This document shows positions 58,802 through 64,000 of a stretch of DNA of 64,000 nucleotides, piece after piece; the first letter of the stretch is position 1, and each line of letters opens with the position of its first letter. The DNA is taken from NCBI RefSeq assembly GCF_000315625.1, contig NW_005434653.1:353745-417744 (forward strand). Direction: 5' to 3'. The position numbers and the translations under genes were made by a program. Source of the stretch: Guillardia theta CCMP2712 (taxonomy: Eukaryota; Protista; Cryptophyta). Under the pieces are notes generated by a model. That model saw only the letters and a list, made by a program, of their open reading frames with translations, was not told where the DNA came from and made no database searches.

Positions 58802-61333
58802 GTTTCCAATGACACGGGACTTGGCCGCATGCTTCCGCACAAACATACCTGCGTTCACACATATGTGCGATTCACCCAAATCTCAAAACAAATGCAAGTT
58901 CCATTCACAACGTTCCACTAACGTTTGTGAAGATGCAATCATCAGGTGGACACCAGACATGAAAAACGATGAAGCATATTACGACGAGCAGGCACTGCTA
59001 TTATGCCTATTTCATTTTCTTTTTTTTTAACTGTATCCGACGCGTTGAAACTGTCCCTCGTGATCAGCTGACAAACCCATGTGACTTTGTGTGTGGTAAT
59101 CTCAAAAACATTGTCCCGTTCCCGATTGGGTCTGTGCATAATACAGCGCTTCGTATCCGAAATTATAAGGTTTCGCGTTAGCAAGAACTGGATCTTCCGA
59201 AGCAATGCTTTTACTGACCGGGGGTAGCGTGATCATCGGAAAACATGTCCTCGCAAGATATTTACTATAGAGCCAGGGCCCCGACAGACAATGGTACAAA
59301 CATTGACTATGGGCATACAAGATCGTTGGGGGACGGGTGACAGGGGCTGGAAAGCTGACACGATGACAGGATCCCGAGATTCAATTACCACATCGCTTCG
59401 CTTAAGCCGGTGGAGTAAAATCTAGGTATCCAGAAGGGGAGGGTGGACACGGAAGTAGACAGGGTGGGGTTCGAGGAGGGTGTGACTTACGGAATATGGG
59501 TGGGTGACAAAGTGCCTGGGTGGGTCCGGACTCATCGACGTAGGAGATCGGAATCTTCTCCCTTGTTCTGCGGCCCAAGGGACCCCTACCCCCTTCAGTT
59601 CTATCACCCTGACCCCATTTGCCAAGGCTTCAGGATACGACTGCTAGCGTACAAGCATATCAAGCATGGGATGTAGGGTGGGGTACTTAATAATTGGGTT
59701 GTATAAGAGAAATATCTTCACTGGGTTTGGCTATTGCTGCCGGGTGGGTGGTATGTAACTAAATTGTGAAATCCGACCTTCTTGACTTCCTACCCTAACC
59801 CCCCCCACCCCACCGACCCCCTCCACCCCTCACCCCCTACTCCCAAGCCACCTCTTGACCTCGGATGGAACCAAAGCTGACCCAGGATGAATTCGTACCC
59901 AGGTAGGAGAGAGATGTTGGGGGTTCATTTTTTGACCTACAAGGTTGGGTGACAAGGATATGATTTACAGGGGTCGGGTACTCCCAAAAAATGGGGTGCT
60001 TTGATATGAGTTGTGTCATTGAAGGGGTACTTGACAAAGGAGGGGTCCAAATTATACCAGTGTAGAAGTTTTCGAAGCGGAAAAGCAGGGTTATACATGG
60101 CACAAAGTCATTTCGATGGTGGGGTGATCGAATATTGGAACTCCCAGGCTGGGTGGTAGTTAGGAGGGGGTGTAAGATGACGTGGAGGATTCTCCATTTT
60201 TCAACTTCATGGGGTGGGGTAGAACGGAAGGCTTGATGGAGTCAAAGGGGTGGAGGGTAGTGCTGGTCGATTGACCACTTGTTGCCAGTACCAATGTCAC
60301 CGCTATCAGTTGGGACCTTTGAGGTACCAATCAAGAGCGTGAAATATCGATTCTGCAACTAACTTCATAGGTACATCCATCGCCCCTTGACTTTTTTACT
60401 ACTCTCACCCCAAATTTGGGATACAACCCTTTCTCCAGTGCGTACCATCTTCATACCCCCGACCCTACTACGCTTGATACCCGATAGGGACCCCCCCCCC
60501 CTGCACAACGACCTGACCTTGATAGACCCGATCGACCAGACAAAAGTACCCCTCTCCCCCGGAGATATTTTATATAGGGTGGTTCAAGACAAAGGATTCA
60601 CCCTACCCTTGTAGATGAAGTATTCACCACTACCCCGCAACAATCCAGCCAAGAATTTGGTCCTGCATAGGTAGGGTACGCCAAAGGGAGGGTATGCGTG
60701 TAGGAGGTGGGGTGAGTTACGAAGCAATTGTGGTAAAGTGGAAAAGGACCCTTGGGTGGGGTGGGGTACCTTGCCAGAGTACCAGGGCGACGTGGAGGGG
60801 GTTGGGGTCAGGGTATCAGGGTTGGGTCGGTTTGCACCCTCCTCCTGCCTCCTCGGTACAGCCTCATCTCCTCCGCATCCTCTGGCCGCGTCAAGAACCT
60901 GTCGCCCACCCCCACTCCTCCCCTTCTTCCCCTTCTGCACTGAAGCATCTCAGGACAGCCCTCTCGCTGATCTTCGTTTGCATGGCAGCTTCTTGGCACT
61001 GATCTTATCGAACGCTTGCAGGAGCAAACGTTTTCGATCAGATCAAGAACCAACGCGACTGCAGAAGCAAGCGGAATATCCTTGCTGCGAAGAGCCAATC
61101 CGAGCAGCATCAAAACTCTCTTTCCTTCTTCGTCCCTCTCATCCCTCTTGACGCGGTCCATCCACATACTTTGTCTTCCCAGGCGAAGTAAACATTTGCG
61201 GAGGAGCCATTTCAACCATCCCAACGTAGGAATACTGTCTTGTACACGAAGCAGATAGAAGACCCTTTTAGTTCTCCTCTGTTGTTTCGCAACAAGAGCA
61301 CCAGTAGAGGCCTTTCATCTTGCCCAAAGGAAC

Positions 61334-62919
61334 ATGAAAGTCTTCGACCTCAACCTGCGATCATGCGGATTGGATGCCGGATGGTTCTGCGCTCCCGCTC
61401 GGAGCTCAAAGCGCTCATGTGGGAGTGGATGGGGAGCATGTATCGATCTTCCTGATAGCAACAGGTTTGATTTTTCTGCGTGAAGGATTTGGAAGTGACA
61501 TTTGCTGCAGGGAGTTCGTACAACCTGAAAGCAAGGCGTTTGTTCAGGATGACATTCTGATTGATGCCGATGGGCTTCACGTCAACAACAAGAAGTCTTT
61601 GCACCAAGAATCAGAGCTTTTTCTTCTCCTACAAACAGCAAGGAGAGCATCACAGCGCCATGATGATGATTCGTTGTCCACAGCTTCAACACACATCGAC
61701 GACGAACCAACAATGATTTCTGCAAATCGACTCGCAAAGCACGCCGGGGTGCCATCTATCAGTGACAAAAGGAAAGACAATCGCTATATTCCACCAGTAT
61801 GGAGGACTGCAAGCACCAGTTCGGACAAGAGTCTTCAGCTCCCATCGCTCACTGGATTTAGCTCCAGTTTCTCGCAAGAGGGTTCATCAGGAAGGAAAGA
61901 AGTCAGACTCTGCAACATTCAGAAGATCAAGGAAGTTGGGAAAGGCAATACTGCAACTGTTTGGAAGTGCATCGATTGTTCAGACAGAAGAACCCTTGCT
62001 GTAAAAGAGGTGAATGATTGATACCTTATGAAAAACGATTTACTTACTCCTTCTGTTTTAGATGCCAGTGGATCGGGATGAGAAGAGAAAGGACATGGCA
62101 CTTCGCGAAATGGTCACAATGTTTGGGATCGATCACGCTGGAATCGTGGCTTGTCACAATGTTTTCTACTCCAAGAACATGTTTCATATCGCCATGGAGT
62201 ACATGGATGCAGGATCGCTTCTTGATGCAATGCGGAGGACCTGTCGCCAATCGGGGAGCTACACGATGCCTTTGCCTGCCCTGGCGCATGTTTGCCAAAA
62301 GGTTCTCAGTGCCCTGGACTTCCTGCATGAAGGCATGCAACTAGTGCATCGGGACGTAAAGCCTGGAAACATTTTGCTTTCTGTCCAAGGGGAGGTGAAG
62401 CTCGCTGATCTTGGTATTTGTGCACAGCCGATTACAGAGGGTGGATTGCAAGAGGAAAGTACCGGGGTTTGTGCGACACCTGTTACAGAATGGATCGGAA
62501 CAGTGACGTACATGTCTCCTGAGAGGTTGTTGGGAGAGGCCTACGGCTACAGCGCAGACATGTGGAGTCTGGGGCTTGTGCTGGTCGAGGCTGCCATGGG
62601 GAGATACCCTCTGACGCCTTCGGACTTTCAGGGAAACTTGCAATTCTGGGATCTTCTTGACATCGTGATGTCTGAGTCAACTTGCGCTTTCAAGCTGCTT
62701 GAGGGACTCGACAGGGAATATGATGAACTTCGCACTTTCACAGATGCTTGCTTGATCAAGGACGGAGTTACCAGACCCTTGGCTCGAGATCTGTTTGGAC
62801 ATCCGCTTTTGAACTCTGCAGACCAGTCTGTGTTTGCACAGTGGGTTTCCAGAAGTTTGACAGAGCGGGGTTGTGACATTCCTGATTCCCAGTGTCTTGA
62901 GGTTGATGGTTGGGCTTAG
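61334..62919 (+). CDS. MAP kinase kinase (STE7/MEK family); introns about 61465-61509 and 62010-62061; start codon tentative
   Basis: GKGNTATV, LAVKE, IAMEYMDAGSL, VHRDVKPGNILL, VKLADLG, WIGTVTYMSPER, ADMWSLGLVLVEAAMGRYP. Confidence 0.92.
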
Positions 62920-63572
62920 GAAGATTCTCATTTTCGTGCTTTGAGAGCTTTAGCTGATTTTGCATTTATGTTATTCATTACACTGTACTTTGTTTGTTAC
63001 CCAATGCTTGTGTGCTGTCGACGGTCACGTTTGCAAAGTGCGTCCCGGACTCCCGTCTGAGAGTCCGCGGCACTCAGTGACTTCGGCTGAGTCCCATTAC
63101 GAGGATCGGACACGGTGTATGATCGGATGATCCGTGGCATGAGCCAAGTGCGCCGGGGGCTCCACGCACCGCACGCGGCTAGCGGCACCCCCGCGGGCCG
63201 GGGGCCGGCCGCCGCTCCTGTCGTAGACGGTGATTATTCTGCCAGAGCCCGGCGGGCTGATGACCATACTAGTGACCAGTGACTTTAGTAGTGACTAGAA
63301 TGGCACTGCAACTTAGCCTACTACGGTACATAGCGCCCCCCCCGCAGTGCTCAGCAGAGTAGCCTGCTACCCCGCTATGGGCGCGGCCTACCCGGCCGCC
63401 AGCCCGGCTGGCATACGGTGACCCGGCCGCCCGGCGCAGCGCGGCCGCTTGAACGGTCACGCGGCGTCAGTCTCGGCGATCGGACGGCCGCGGCGGCGGC
63501 GCTGGGCCCGGCGGCCCGGCGCTGAGTTGGTCCGGGCAGTGAAGGGGATGAGGGATGCAGTGGCCTTTCACA

Positions 63573-63740
63573 ATGCACAGGATGATGCGTGAGTTGGGTG
63601 GGGTGCCGGCAGTAGCCGCGTTGGTCAGTGGGCTTCTCCTTGTCATGATGGTGATGTCCTTGAGACCGAGTCCCACTGAGAGGGTTCTGCTGGAACGAAA
63701 GCATGCTATGCCTACTATCTCCCGGCGATTGCGCTTCCAG
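63573..63740 (+). CDS. First exon of a putative membrane-anchored or secreted protein; continues beyond the window
   Basis: Hydrophobic stretch VPAVAALVSGLLLVMMVMSL; exon ends at CAG|GTATGA; lies downstream of a GC-rich island. Confidence 0.45.
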
Positions 63741-64000
63741 GTATGAAGGAATTTTTAAGTACCTTGGCGTCAATTCTTCGATGAAACTTGATGTCTGTGC
63801 TGAGTCATATGAAGATACGTTGTAATCATTGTTGTCTCTTGTTCTGCTCCAAGACTTTGAGCTCTACCTGTTGGCAGTCATGTGCGTCGTGTTGAAAACT
63901 CTCGATGCTCAATGGTGCATGATCCATTTTGACTTTCTCTCTCCAGAAATCAGCAAGGCTTGCATATTTAAATAGTCCAGGTACTGAAAGCATTATGAAC

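Noticed and set aside
53255-58810. Target-site duplication for the LTR element
   Set aside because: The 5' end is truncated, so no TSD can be assigned.
58802-59330. Host gene interrupted by the retrotransposon (flanks 52850-53267 and 58802-59330)
   Set aside because: Only short stop-ridden frames with no recognisable homology; cannot be supported without a search.
1-64000. tRNA, rRNA or other structured RNA genes
   Set aside because: None recognised by eye; tRNAscan-SE or Infernal would be needed to exclude them.

Overview
Eukaryotic nuclear DNA with short spliceosomal introns (many about 36-60 nt, some expanded by microsatellites) and two N-gaps. Intron style and an SP + A|F bipartite plastid presequence point to a cryptophyte-type alga with a complex red plastid, such as Guillardia (inference). 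Contents in order: a plastid-targeted M17 leucyl aminopeptidase (3' end outside the window); three tandem short RWP-RK transcription factor genes; a hypothetical gene; a RING-H2 protein; BBIP1; a large low-complexity C2-domain protein; a head-to-head pair of CDK7-like kinases, one lacking its catalytic core; a very large sushi/CCP-repeat single-pass receptor with a ZU5-like module and a cytosolic Zn ribbon; a decayed inverted-repeat element; a zinc-fingerless Tma46/ZC3H15-like protein with an N-terminal targeting extension; a very large secreted mosaic protein with bacterial-Ig-like, FN3, phage-virion-like, IPT and SEA-like modules; a damaged Ty3/Gypsy LTR retrotransposon with a -1 frameshift signal and pseudoknot; a MAP2K; and the start of another gene. 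The best candidates for new biology are the two giant surface proteins, the putative periplastid-targeted DFRP and the RWP-RK cluster. All gene models were spliced by eye and all domain calls come from motif recognition, not database searches.
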